Below, in pieces: positions 39,335 through 47,485 of a stretch of DNA of 64,000 nt; the stretch's first letter is position 1; every line of letters starts with the position of its first letter. The translations under genes were made by a program, and so were the position numbers. The notes beneath the pieces were generated by a model. The model ran no database searches, was not told where the DNA came from, and saw only the letters and a list, made by a program, of their open reading frames with translations. Origin of the DNA: Candidatus Kerfeldbacteria bacterium (GTDB lineage: Bacteria > Patescibacteriota > Patescibacteriia > UBA10025 > JAHIVO01); assembly GCA_047946875.1 (NCBI GenBank), contig CP181398.1:841041-905040 (forward strand), in the 5' to 3' direction.

Positions 39335-39632
39335 CTCCGCGAGTCAGATTCGAACTGACGACCTACCGGTTACACGTAATCCATACGTTTCCGTACGGCA
39401 TGGACTATATCTTTGCCATATTCTCAAAGTGAGAATTTAGACACTCTGGTATCTAGTCTCTACGGCGCTCCCCTCCTTTAATAAAGTTTCGGAGGAGTTC
39501 CCACGGTATTAGCATATTCAAAATTAATTGAACGTAGCCTTCACCGTTATCCCAGAGAGTTCATCCCGACATTTCTGTCGGAAGCTGCGTTTTCGTTCAC
39601 AGCCGGTTGCTCTACCGCTGAGCTATCGCGGA
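39335..39632 (-). tRNA. tRNA-Asn(GUU) interrupted by a 226-nt group I intron in the anticodon loop
   Basis: Exon 1 (39599-39632 rc) UCCGCGAUAGCUCAGCGGUAGAGCAACCGGCUGU. Exon 2 (39335-39372 rc) UAACCGGUAGGUCGUCAGUUCGAAUCUGACUCGCGGAG. Together they give a cloverleaf with a 7-bp acceptor (U1:A72), loop CUGUUAA, G73 discriminator and GUUCGAAUC T-loop. The pattern matches bacterial tRNA-Asn. CCA is not encoded. Confidence 0.75.
39373..39598 (-). mobile_element. Group I self-splicing intron (IC3-like) in the tRNA-Asn anticodon loop
   Basis: Contains the group I R element GUAGAGACUAGA and S element AAGAUAUAGUCC. P1 can form between exon CUGU and the guide GCAG (U.G at the splice site). The intron ends with G. 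It resembles the Azoarcus/cyanobacterial tRNA introns. Confidence 0.75.
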
Positions 39633-39677
39633 ATTGGATGCTTATGTATTTTTAAACTTTTTAATATTTATAAATTA

Positions 39678-39971
39678 CTACTTATTTTTTGCATGAATTT
39701 CTCGATGACAGTTTGCACATAATAAAACGCATTTCTCTAATTCTTGCTTAACTTTTTGCCATCCCCTTGTATAACCCTTACTTGAAATTCCAAAATCTTT
39801 TTTACCACTTGAATGATGAAACTCTAATGCTTCCTTACAAATTTTATATCCACAGATACTACATTTATTACCTTTATGTTTTAGGGCTAATTCTCTTATC
39901 TTTTTTCTTCGCTGTGCTACAGCTTTAATTAAATACTTTGCCCGATCAGCATATTTTCTTTTATCCTTCAT
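39678..39971 (-). CDS. Free-standing HNH endonuclease
   Basis: CSICGYKIC...LEFHHSSGKK...CVLLCANCHREIH HNH/zinc-finger signature. Located immediately 5' of the intron-containing tRNA. Confidence 0.7.
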   Translation of the reverse strand: MKDKRKYADRAKYLIKAVAQRRKKIRELALKHKGNKCSICGYKICKEALEFHHSSGKKDFGISSKGYTRGWQKVKQELEKCVLLCANCHREIHAKNK

Positions 39972-40005
39972 ATATTACAAAATCTAAGTACAATATGCCA
40001 TTAAT

Positions 40006-41295
40006 TTAATAATCCCTTAATTTTTTCATTCCTTGGTGTTCTTCAATCCTTTCCAATGCTTTTGCTTCAATCTGACGAATACGTTCACGTGTTACACCAA
40101 ATTCTTGACCAACTTCTTCTAGAGTATGAGAAACTCCATCTACTAAACCAAAACGCATTTCCAAAATTTTATGTTCACGAGGTGACAACTCTCTAATAAT
40201 TTCTAATACGTGATCTTTTAATAATTGCATTGCAGCGACACGGTCAGGTGTGACAGTTTTCTGATCTTCTATAAAATCTCCTAATACAGAATCTTCATCA
40301 TCACTATCCCCTACAGAGGTTTCAAGAGATACTGTATCTTGTGATATTTTCATAATATGATGAACTTTTTCTACTGTTTCTCCAAGCTCAGCAGCTATCT
40401 CTTCGGCTAGTGGTTCTCTACCCAAATCTTGAATTAATTGTCTAGATACGTGGGTGTATCGATTAATAGTTTCCACCATATGTACTGGAATTCTAATAGT
40501 ACGTGATTGATCAGCCAATGCTCTTGTTATAGCTTGTCGGATCCACCAAGTAGCATATGTAGAAAATTTATAACCTTTTCGATAATCAAATTTTTCTACC
40601 GCTCTAAATAATCCAATATTTCCTTCTTGAATCAAATCTAATAAAGATAAGGAGCGCCCAGTAAATTTCTTGGCTATTGATACAACCAACCTAAGATTTG
40701 CCTCTACCAATTTTCTCTGTGCTTCGATCTCTCCTTTTTCTTTCAATTTTGCGAGTTTAACTTCTTCTTCACGTCGTAATAATGGTACCTTACCAATCTC
40801 TCTCAAATACATCTGAATTGAATCATTAGAAATATCAGACATATCCAAACGTTGCTTGTCCGATGCCTTTTTTTTCTTTCCTTTAACCTCAGTTTCGATT
40901 AAATCTTCTGGCCTACTTAAAACAGTGCCAGTAATTTCAACTACCTGAATTCCAGAACTTTCTAAATCATCCAAAAAATCTTCATATTCTAGTATATATT
41001 CTTCTAGTTCTGGGAAGCTATATAATATTTCTGTTTCTGTAATAAACCCTCTTGATCTTGCTTTTTCATAAAGCTTTTCAACTTTAGACATATCCAGCTC
41101 AATCTTTTTTGCCTTTTTAGCTGAAATTTTTGGATCTTTAGATTTAGATGTTTTTTTAACGGCTTTTTTTGCAGCCGTCTTTTTGTTTACAGGTTTAGAT
41201 GTTTTTTTAACGGCTTTTTTTGCAGCCGTCTTTTTGTTTACAGGTTTAGATGTTTTTTTGGTTTTTGTAATCAAACTAGCTTTTGTTTTAGGCAT
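40006..41295 (-). CDS. rpoD: RNA polymerase sigma-70 factor RpoD, with Lys-rich repeated N-terminal extension
   Basis: Regions 2-4 present ([23 protein letters not shown], region 4 HTH). The N-terminus contains 2 x [17 protein letters not shown]. Confidence 0.9.
   Translation of the reverse strand: MPKTKASLITKTKKTSKPVNKKTAAKKAVKKTSKPVNKKTAAKKAVKKTSKSKDPKISAKKAKKIELDMSKVEKLYEKARSRGFITETEILYSFPELEEYILEYEDFLDDLESSGIQVVEITGTVLSRPEDLIETEVKGKKKKASDKQRLDMSDISNDSIQMYLREIGKVPLLRREEEVKLAKLKEKGEIEAQRKLVEANLRLVVSIAKKFTGRSLSLLDLIQEGNIGLFRAVEKFDYRKGYKFSTYATWWIRQAITRALADQSRTIRIPVHMVETINRYTHVSRQLIQDLGREPLAEEIAAELGETVEKVHHIMKISQDTVSLETSVGDSDDEDSVLGDFIEDQKTVTPDRVAAMQLLKDHVLEIIRELSPREHKILEMRFGLVDGVSHTLEEVGQEFGVTRERIRQIEAKALERIEEHQGMKKLRDY
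41143..41244 (-). repeat. Tandem 51-bp direct repeat x2 inside the rpoD 5' coding region
   Basis: tttagatgtttttttaacggctttttttgcagccgtctttttgtttacagg at 41143-41193 and 41194-41244. Confidence 0.75.
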
Positions 41296-41306
41296 ATCTA
41301 AAAAAA

Positions 41307-43106
41307 TTATTCTAAATGTTTAAGCTCATTTGCTAATTCAGAAAATTTTTGACTATATTCATTAGCGGCCACCGAATCACCGGATTGTTCAAATTTTTGT
41401 AATTTTAACTCAATCTCCTTTAATTCTAGATGAATTAAATTCTTTTTTAAGTCTTTAGTCCCAGTTTTAAGCTCTTTTTGAATTTCTTCATCTTCCATTT
41501 CACCAAAAAGATTTGAGGCTTTTAAAGACAAAATATTAGCATAAGTTGCTAATTTTTGATCGTTAGCTAAATTTACTTTTATAAATTCATTATAGTCAAA
41601 GTTGTGCTTTTCAGTATAGTAAATTATCATACTTTTGTAAAGTTTTTTCAATTGTTCATTTGGCATAAATTCAGGTAATAACACGTCAACATATTCTTCT
41701 AATAACTCTGGCTTATTTATTATCATGCCAATTACATTCTCTGCCAAGTTTATAAAACGATTCTTTATTTCTGGCTTTGCTATTTCAGGATCAGATTTTT
41801 GTTTTTTTTGACTAGCCGTATCTTTATTTAATATTTGTAATAATTTATCTCTTAAAATATTCTCCTCTACATTCAAAATCCCTGCCAACTTTTGTAAGTA
41901 ATGAGTTTGCTCAATTGGGTCAACTAATTTTGAAATGACAGGCAATAATACTTTTGCAATTTCTTTTTTATCTTCAACTTTTGTTTCATCATATTTATTC
42001 AATGTTGAATCGAAATAATATTCCATAACAGATTGCGCATTTTCAATAGCTCTGGTCCAAGCTGATACATCTTTTTTTATTAAATCGTCAGGATCTTTTG
42101 CGTCAGGCAACTGAATAACTTTTGTATTCATATCTTCTTGCCAGGCCACTTCTATTCCACGTTTTGCAGCAGCATCGCCAGCTACATCTTGATCAAAAGC
42201 AAAAGCAATATTATTTGAAAATCTTTTTAGCATTTTTACTTGCTCAGAAGTTAAAGCTGTGCCAGAAGACGCAACTACATTAATAACTCCAGCCTGATGT
42301 GAAGATAAGCAATCCATATATCCTTCTACTACCACAGCTACTTTTTTTTGCTTTATCTCTTGTCTAGCTTTATCTAAACCAAATACTACATAACTCTTAT
42401 TATATACCAACGTTTGTGGAGAATTAATATATTTTGCAATTTTTTCTTCCTTGCCTAACCATCGTCCACCAAAACCAATTATATTTCCTTGTGTATCGCT
42501 GATTGGAAACATTAAACGATTTCTAAATCTATCATTATATCCGACTCCTCTATCTTTTTTTATAGTTAGGCCAGCCTGAAAAATATCATCCTCTTTATAA
42601 CCTTTTTTTACCAAGTAAGTATTTAATGTATCCCATGCATCCGGAGAATAACCTAATTTCCATTCTTCTATAGTCTCGTCTTTTACCTGACGATCAATTA
42701 AATATTTTTTGACAAATTCTGCTTTAGGATGGTCAACTAAAATTTTATGATAAAAATTTGCAGCTTCCTTACAAACATCCATTAATCTAGTTTTTTGATT
42801 ATTTACTGCTGGATCTTGATATTGCAATTCTACTCCTGCTTTTTTTGCCAACATACGCAATGCTTCAGGAAATTCCATGCCTTCCATCTTTTGAACAAAA
42901 CCATATATATCTCCTCCTTCACCACAGCCAAAACAATGCCATATTTGTTTATCTCTAGATATCATAAAAGACGGCGTCTTTTCATTATGAAAAGGACAAT
43001 TTGCTTTAAAATTATTTGTACCTGCTGGCTTTACTTGAATGTACTCTTGAATCAAGTCAACCACATCAATTTTACTTTTTATTTCTTCAATATTATCTTG
43101 TGCCAT
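41307..43106 (-). CDS. dnaG: DNA primase DnaG
   Basis: Zinc ribbon [11 protein letters not shown]...[12 protein letters not shown] polymerase domain, Toprim EGYMD. Confidence 0.9.
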   Translation of the reverse strand: MAQDNIEEIKSKIDVVDLIQEYIQVKPAGTNNFKANCPFHNEKTPSFMISRDKQIWHCFGCGEGGDIYGFVQKMEGMEFPEALRMLAKKAGVELQYQDPAVNNQKTRLMDVCKEAANFYHKILVDHPKAEFVKKYLIDRQVKDETIEEWKLGYSPDAWDTLNTYLVKKGYKEDDIFQAGLTIKKDRGVGYNDRFRNRLMFPISDTQGNIIGFGGRWLGKEEKIAKYINSPQTLVYNKSYVVFGLDKARQEIKQKKVAVVVEGYMDCLSSHQAGVINVVASSGTALTSEQVKMLKRFSNNIAFAFDQDVAGDAAAKRGIEVAWQEDMNTKVIQLPDAKDPDDLIKKDVSAWTRAIENAQSVMEYYFDSTLNKYDETKVEDKKEIAKVLLPVISKLVDPIEQTHYLQKLAGILNVEENILRDKLLQILNKDTASQKKQKSDPEIAKPEIKNRFINLAENVIGMIINKPELLEEYVDVLLPEFMPNEQLKKLYKSMIIYYTEKHNFDYNEFIKVNLANDQKLATYANILSLKASNLFGEMEDEEIQKELKTGTKDLKKNLIHLELKEIELKLQKFEQSGDSVAANEYSQKFSELANELKHLE

Positions 43107-43136
43107 TTATTTCAATTTGTTTATATAATTTTACTC

Positions 43137-43228
43137 TGGCGGAGAGAGAGGGATTCGAACCCTCGAAGGAATTTGACTCCCTTACTTGCTTTCCAAGCAA
43201 GCGCACTAGACCACTATGCGACCTCTCC
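43137..43228 (-). tRNA. tRNA-Ser(GGA)
   Basis: rc GGAGAGGTCGCATAGTGGTCTAGTGCGCTTGCTTGGAAAGCAAGTAAGGGAGTCAAATTCCTTCGAGGGTTCGAATCCCTCTCTCTCCGCCA. Anticodon loop UUGGAAA. Long variable arm. Encoded CCA. Confidence 0.85.
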
Positions 43229-43233
43229 AAGTC

Positions 43234-43485
43234 TTATTTAATATCAGATCGCAACATTTCTTTAAATTGAATTCCACCTTTAAAGCTTTTTATCATTAAT
43301 TCTCTCAAGTAAGCCTCCGATTTTGACTTAAACATTTCTTTATAAATTATTATCCATGGAATACCAGACTTTGTTGATCTTACAGAGCCACTATTATGTT
43401 TTTTAAGTCGTGCAATTAAATTTTTAGTATGTCCAATATAATGCTTTCTATTTTTTTCACTCTGTAAAACATAAGTAACAAACAT
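43234..43485 (-). CDS. Small stand-alone GIY-YIG nuclease (UPF0213/YhbQ-like)
   Basis: FVTYVLQSEKNRKHYIGHTKNLIARLKKHN matches the GIY-YIG motif in an 83-aa protein. Confidence 0.7.
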   Translation of the reverse strand: MFVTYVLQSEKNRKHYIGHTKNLIARLKKHNSGSVRSTKSGIPWIIIYKEMFKSKSEAYLRELMIKSFKGGIQFKEMLRSDIK

Positions 43486-43529
43486 ATATTTTTACTTTCT
43501 GCCGCAGAGCGGCATCCCGCTTTGCGGGG

Positions 43530-43566
43530 CAAGCAAGCGCACTAGACCACTATGCGACCTCTCCAA
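43530..43566 (-). repeat. 37-bp perfect direct repeat of the tRNA-Ser 5' half (copy 2; copy 1 = 43194-43230), bracketing the GIY-YIG gene
   Basis: caagcaagcgcactagaccactatgcgacctctccaa occurs at both sites. Copy 2 lacks the rest of the tRNA and is followed (on the minus strand) by two GC hairpins (CCCGCAAAGCGGG, TGCCGCTCTGCGGCA). A further short remnant GGAGAGGTCC sits at ~43655. Confidence 0.8.
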
Positions 43567-43841
43567 ATTTAACTACTATAAAATATCTTATTTCATCATA
43601 ATCACTAGCATAAGGACATTTATATTATGCGCCTGCCCACCGAAGCATAGCAAAGGTGGGACCTCTCCTTATTTTAACTAAAAATAGCCAAAAATGCTAC
43701 TAATTCAGTATACCATAGCATTTTTATTCACAAAAGAAAAGGTCATAATAAGCCAATTTTGCATAATTTTATAAATATACTTGACTTATATTAATAATTT
43801 GCTAAGATGGGTGCTGGAACCTAGTATTAGGAGGGAGTAAT

Positions 43842-44102
43842 ATGATTCCATTTGACACTTTAGCTGTCATTGGGTTTATTATTCAGCCCTTTCTAATCTC
43901 TAGCCATCCGATCCTGTTGGAGGACGAAAATCGTCTCTCGGACAGGCAACTGGCAAGTGCTATTCTCTGCGGAGATTTACGATACGGTCCCGAGTGGACC
44001 AATATCGAGCGCTGCCAAGTATTTTTCCCAAATGTTGAAGAAGCCCATGATGCAATTGGTCTGCTTGGGAATCGTGATTGGCTAGAGGGTAGGACCTCAT
44101 AG
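43842..44102 (+). CDS. Module A of a tandem duplicated element: 86-codon ORF (or structured RNA) with its own promoter, strong SD and terminator
   Basis: TTGACT-N17-TAAGAT promoter (43786-43815), AGGAGG SD 7 nt before ATG, ~50% GC body, terminator AGGGCGG...CCGCCCT + U-run at ~44167-44212. Near-identical to module B except a 45-nt patch. No family recognised. Confidence 0.35.
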   Translation: MIPFDTLAVIGFIIQPFLISSHPILLEDENRLSDRQLASAILCGDLRYGPEWTNIERCQVFFPNVEEAHDAIGLLGNRDWLEGRTS

Positions 44103-44279
44103 GGTTTGGAGTTGTTGTAACTCCATTGTTGCTCTTGAGGAGAGGGTTGGTTCTACCCAACAAAAAAACTAGGGCGGCTCCTTTTTAGAAACCGCCCTAC
44201 TTTATATTGTTTTTGAAAATATTCAGGACAGCTAAAATTAATTAATAAAAAACCCATCTTCACATTTGTAATGACGGGT

Positions 44280-44465
44280 TTATTCTTTTGACGCCTTGCT
44301 CGTTTCATCTTTCACCTTCTTTTTTTCTTTGTTCCGATCGTATCCTTTTTCACCCTTTTTTTCTGAATGTGGTCCACCAGTTTGTTTTGGTAGTGGGATA
44401 CGACCATGTAAACGTTTAAAACGTTCTAGGTCAGTTTCTTTTTTCTTCTTTTTCTTTTTTGACAC
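44280..44465 (-). CDS. Lys-rich small basic protein (61 aa, GTG start)
   Basis: AAGGAG RBS + GTG. A divergent TTGACA promoter overlaps the module-B promoter. Terminator hairpin at ~44239-44272. Confidence 0.35.
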   Translation of the reverse strand: MSKKKKKKKETDLERFKRLHGRIPLPKQTGGPHSEKKGEKGYDRNKEKKKVKDETSKASKE

Positions 44466-44614
44466 TTTTTACTCCTTTATTTTGAAAGTGACAATTTATT
44501 ATTACTTATTTTATGCCCAATGTCAAGTATATTTATAATATTATTCAAAACTCTTGACATATACCATTAACCTGCTAAGATGGGTGCTGGAACCTAGTAT
44601 TAGGAGGGAGTAAT

Positions 44615-44875
44615 ATGATTCCATTTGACACTTTAGCTGTCATTGGGTTTATTATTCAGCCCTTTCTAATCTCTAGCCATCCGATCCTGTTGGAGGACGA
44701 AAATCGTCTCTCGAGCAGGCAACTGGCAAGTGCTATTCTCTTAGGAGATTTACGATACGGTCCCGAGTGGACCAATATCGAGCGCTGCCAAGTATTTTTC
44801 CCAAATGTTAAAGCAACATCAGGCATTTGTTATCGGCCCCGGGAACGTGAATGGCTAGAGGGTAGGACCTCATAG
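44615..44875 (+). CDS. Module B of the tandem duplicated element (paralog of 43842..44102)
   Basis: Identical promoter (TTGACA-N17-TAAGAT), SD and first ~190 nt. Internal 45-nt segment replaced. Conserved 3' region and terminator (~44940-44985). Confidence 0.35.
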   Translation: MIPFDTLAVIGFIIQPFLISSHPILLEDENRLSSRQLASAILLGDLRYGPEWTNIERCQVFFPNVKATSGICYRPREREWLEGRTS

Positions 44876-45007
44876 GGTTTGGAGTTGTTATAACTCCATT
44901 GTTGCTCTTGAGGAGAGGGTTGGTTCTACCCAACAAAAAAATTAGGGCGGCTCCTTTTTAGAAACCGCCCTACTTTATATTGTCTTAAATTGTTTAATTC
45001 TCCATAA

Positions 45008-47347
45008 CTACTGAACTTTGTGGTAAGTACCCAAAGTAGTAGCCTCTTTGATGCACTCGGAAAATATCAATGGCACCATTTCCTCTTCACTTTGCAAAAA
45101 TGTACTCGCATTACCGATGATTATCAAAGCATCTTCAGCACGAGACAATGCAACACGCAACCGATTTATATTCTTATTAAAACCGATTTTGCCGTTGGTA
45201 TTTGAGCGTACAAAGCTGAGAATAATCACTTTTCGCTGTGATCCCTGGAAAGCATCCACTGTATTTACCGATTGGTATAATATCCTGCGGATAGCTGCTT
45301 CAGTCATGTCAGCAGTTTTTCTCCACTCTTTCAGTCGCCTATCCATAAACAGAGCATCTCGCAGTTTTCTTCTAATCAGATCAATCTGCGCCCTGTATGG
45401 AGTAATTGTGGCAACATCTTCCAGACTATAGCCTTTTAGAAGAAGTTTCACAATACGCTCAACAACGATATTAGCCTCACGACTGTTCAGATAAGAAGTT
45501 CCCTTCCTTTCCTCTTCGTTATCTTGCGCACCTGAAGTGTCAAAGAAAGAAAAATATCCGTCATCATCAGTATCAAACCTCCCGGGTATCAGCATTCCTT
45601 TATAAAAAAGTCTGCTAATAAGCCTGCAAATTACAGGCAATGACCTTCTGTTAACATTTAACAAATTAACAGGAAGCAAACCCATAGAGATAATGCAGTT
45701 GAACCACCCCTTGGAAAAGTTATCAATATCTATCGGAGAAAAACCAGCATGACCCAGATGCTCTCTGGCATCAGGAACAATATCAATATTTCCAAGCTGC
45801 TCGGGATCACCTATAAACACAATCTTGCCAGTTGTTTGCTGGACAATGGGAAGGATTTCAAAAAGAAATCCTCTAGATGCTTCATCAATAAATGTCAGAT
45901 CAAAGCTATATCCCAATTTCCTCAATGCATTCAAGGTGCGATCAACGAGAAAGGAAGACATTGTACAAGCCAATACCACATTACTGCCACCATAAAGCAT
46001 ATTATCAATTTTTTTAGTTTCTCTCTTTGACAATTCGCTGTCCGTATTAGCCTTCTCACTGTCTCTGAATTCGTCATTTACCACAAATCTTGTGGAACGA
46101 TGAAAACTTTTCCCGGGATCAGTTATACTGTCTGCATTGTTTCCAAGCCTGAATATTAAATCTTCATTGCCAATACCCTTAGATACGAAAGAAACTAAAT
46201 TATCCGTACCTTGGTTGCTGTGTGACACAAGAAGAGTTATCCTATTTTGGAGCCATGACTGCTTTATGGCCAAGGAAGTCATAAATGACTTACCTGTTCC
46301 AGCAGGACCCTGCACAAGAACAATACCTCTATTACTAGCAAAGCTAGACAGAGACAATAGCTGCGAACGGTCTTGGAAAAGCATACGGGCCTGAAATTTA
46401 TCAAGAGATAACGAGTCGTACTGCTCTGCACCGTTGTTGTGCTGAACACCCGACATAATGCGATAAGACAATGAAAATTCATCATCATCCACCAAACTAG
46501 TACATAGATCATACTGAGCTTGTGCAATACCGCTACTCACTTCTCTCTTAAATTGAACGATGTCATTGACAGCGAACCTTGGAATAGGTACGGGAAAAGA
46601 AACAATTATTTCTTCTTCGCGTACGGATTCAACAATAGCTGAAATTTCTAAGCCTCTGGAATTAAAAAAGATAATTACATTATCTTCATAAAAAACTGGC
46701 ATTCCACGAAACATAAATTCTTCAGTTATTGGAATCGTCACCCTCTTGACCTTGGGCGCTTTTTTCTTCCCTCTTTTCAAAGGAAATTTGAATCCTATTG
46801 AAAAAGCAAGATGATCAATCCCTTGGAGCCACCCCAAATACCATTCCAGATAAGAAACCGAAACTCTAAGCATTGGACTAAAAAGATCCAAACTCAGTTT
46901 TTGGTCTGGAATTCCGGTAGGACCGAGAGAATGCACCTTAGAATAGTTACATCCCTGATCTGGTGTATGATCAAAAATTATTGGCAAAGGTTCTATAACC
47001 TGACCAATAAGTCCAACAAACTTATCCCAATCTCCTTCAAAATAATGGACATCATAATGCCCATCTTCATGAATAACGAAAATCTGTGGAGAAAAACTCT
47101 TCTTCCCCCCGCCTCGACACAGTATCACCTGCGTATCAGGAAATTCCTTTTTAATAGGAATCGCTACGGTTTCAAGACTTTCATTTATGATGACAATCAG
47201 ATCCGGATTACCTTCTATCTTATCAGGTTTCTTCTCACTGCTTGTTGTGAAGGGAATTTGTCTGCGTTTCAGCTGATCACTGAACACATTATCTCCCCCA
47301 CGTGCAATGAAGAGAACAGATTTGAAACTGAACTCTGGATTTTGCAT
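45008..47347 (-). CDS. Upf1-like superfamily 1B helicase (AAA_11/AAA_12 type) with ~330-aa N-terminal domain of unknown function
   Basis: Walker A LVQGPAGTGKSF. Motif II LTFIDEASRG (DEAS). C-terminal NTVDAFQGSQRKVIILSFVR and RLRVALSRAEDALIIIG (motifs V/VI of Upf1/DNA2-like helicases). Local GC is about 43-45%, well above background. Confidence 0.7.
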   Translation of the reverse strand: MQNPEFSFKSVLFIARGGDNVFSDQLKRRQIPFTTSSEKKPDKIEGNPDLIVIINESLETVAIPIKKEFPDTQVILCRGGGKKSFSPQIFVIHEDGHYDVHYFEGDWDKFVGLIGQVIEPLPIIFDHTPDQGCNYSKVHSLGPTGIPDQKLSLDLFSPMLRVSVSYLEWYLGWLQGIDHLAFSIGFKFPLKRGKKKAPKVKRVTIPITEEFMFRGMPVFYEDNVIIFFNSRGLEISAIVESVREEEIIVSFPVPIPRFAVNDIVQFKREVSSGIAQAQYDLCTSLVDDDEFSLSYRIMSGVQHNNGAEQYDSLSLDKFQARMLFQDRSQLLSLSSFASNRGIVLVQGPAGTGKSFMTSLAIKQSWLQNRITLLVSHSNQGTDNLVSFVSKGIGNEDLIFRLGNNADSITDPGKSFHRSTRFVVNDEFRDSEKANTDSELSKRETKKIDNMLYGGSNVVLACTMSSFLVDRTLNALRKLGYSFDLTFIDEASRGFLFEILPIVQQTTGKIVFIGDPEQLGNIDIVPDAREHLGHAGFSPIDIDNFSKGWFNCIISMGLLPVNLLNVNRRSLPVICRLISRLFYKGMLIPGRFDTDDDGYFSFFDTSGAQDNEEERKGTSYLNSREANIVVERIVKLLLKGYSLEDVATITPYRAQIDLIRRKLRDALFMDRRLKEWRKTADMTEAAIRRILYQSVNTVDAFQGSQRKVIILSFVRSNTNGKIGFNKNINRLRVALSRAEDALIIIGNASTFLQSEEEMVPLIFSECIKEATTLGTYHKVQ

Positions 47348-47439
47348 TCTATATCTCCCATTTGAATATTTTACATTTTATTAAAGAACAAACAATTAAA
47401 AAACCTTAACAAATATTTTGTATCTAGTCAAGCTTTAAA

Positions 47440-47476
47440 AATAACAAAAGAGGCTTATTTTAAGCCTCTTTTGTTT
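47440..47476 (-). terminator. Intrinsic terminator downstream of ppsA
   Basis: aaagaggctta tttt aagcctcttt hairpin flanked by A/T runs. Confidence 0.55.
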
Positions 47477-47485
47477 GAATATTGT

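Noticed and set aside
39335-39632. Alternative reading of the split tRNA as tRNA-His(GUG) or tRNA-Thr(UGU)
   Set aside because: Group I splicing needs a U before the 5' splice site and a G at the intron end. The CUGU|...G|UAA junction meets both. It also gives a good P1 helix and a CUGUUAA loop. U1:A72 and the G73 discriminator match Asn identity, not His (which needs G-1 and C73) or Thr.
42795-43270. Plus-strand ORFs 42795..43241 and 43016..43270
   Set aside because: They overlap dnaG on the opposite strand and run through the tRNA-Ser gene. They are spurious.
43842-44875. Diversity-generating retroelement (TR/VR) explanation for the 45-nt hypervariable patch between the two modules
   Set aside because: The substitutions are not restricted to adenine positions of either copy. 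Only 6-8 of 23 differences involve A in one copy. No reverse transcriptase gene is nearby.
45020-47365. Plus-strand ORFs 45020..45205, 45048..45431, 45749..46030, 46137..46394, 46811..47365 and minus-frame ORF 46279..46527
   Set aside because: All are embedded in the helicase gene, on the opposite strand or in an alternative frame. The helicase reading frame carries the conserved motifs.
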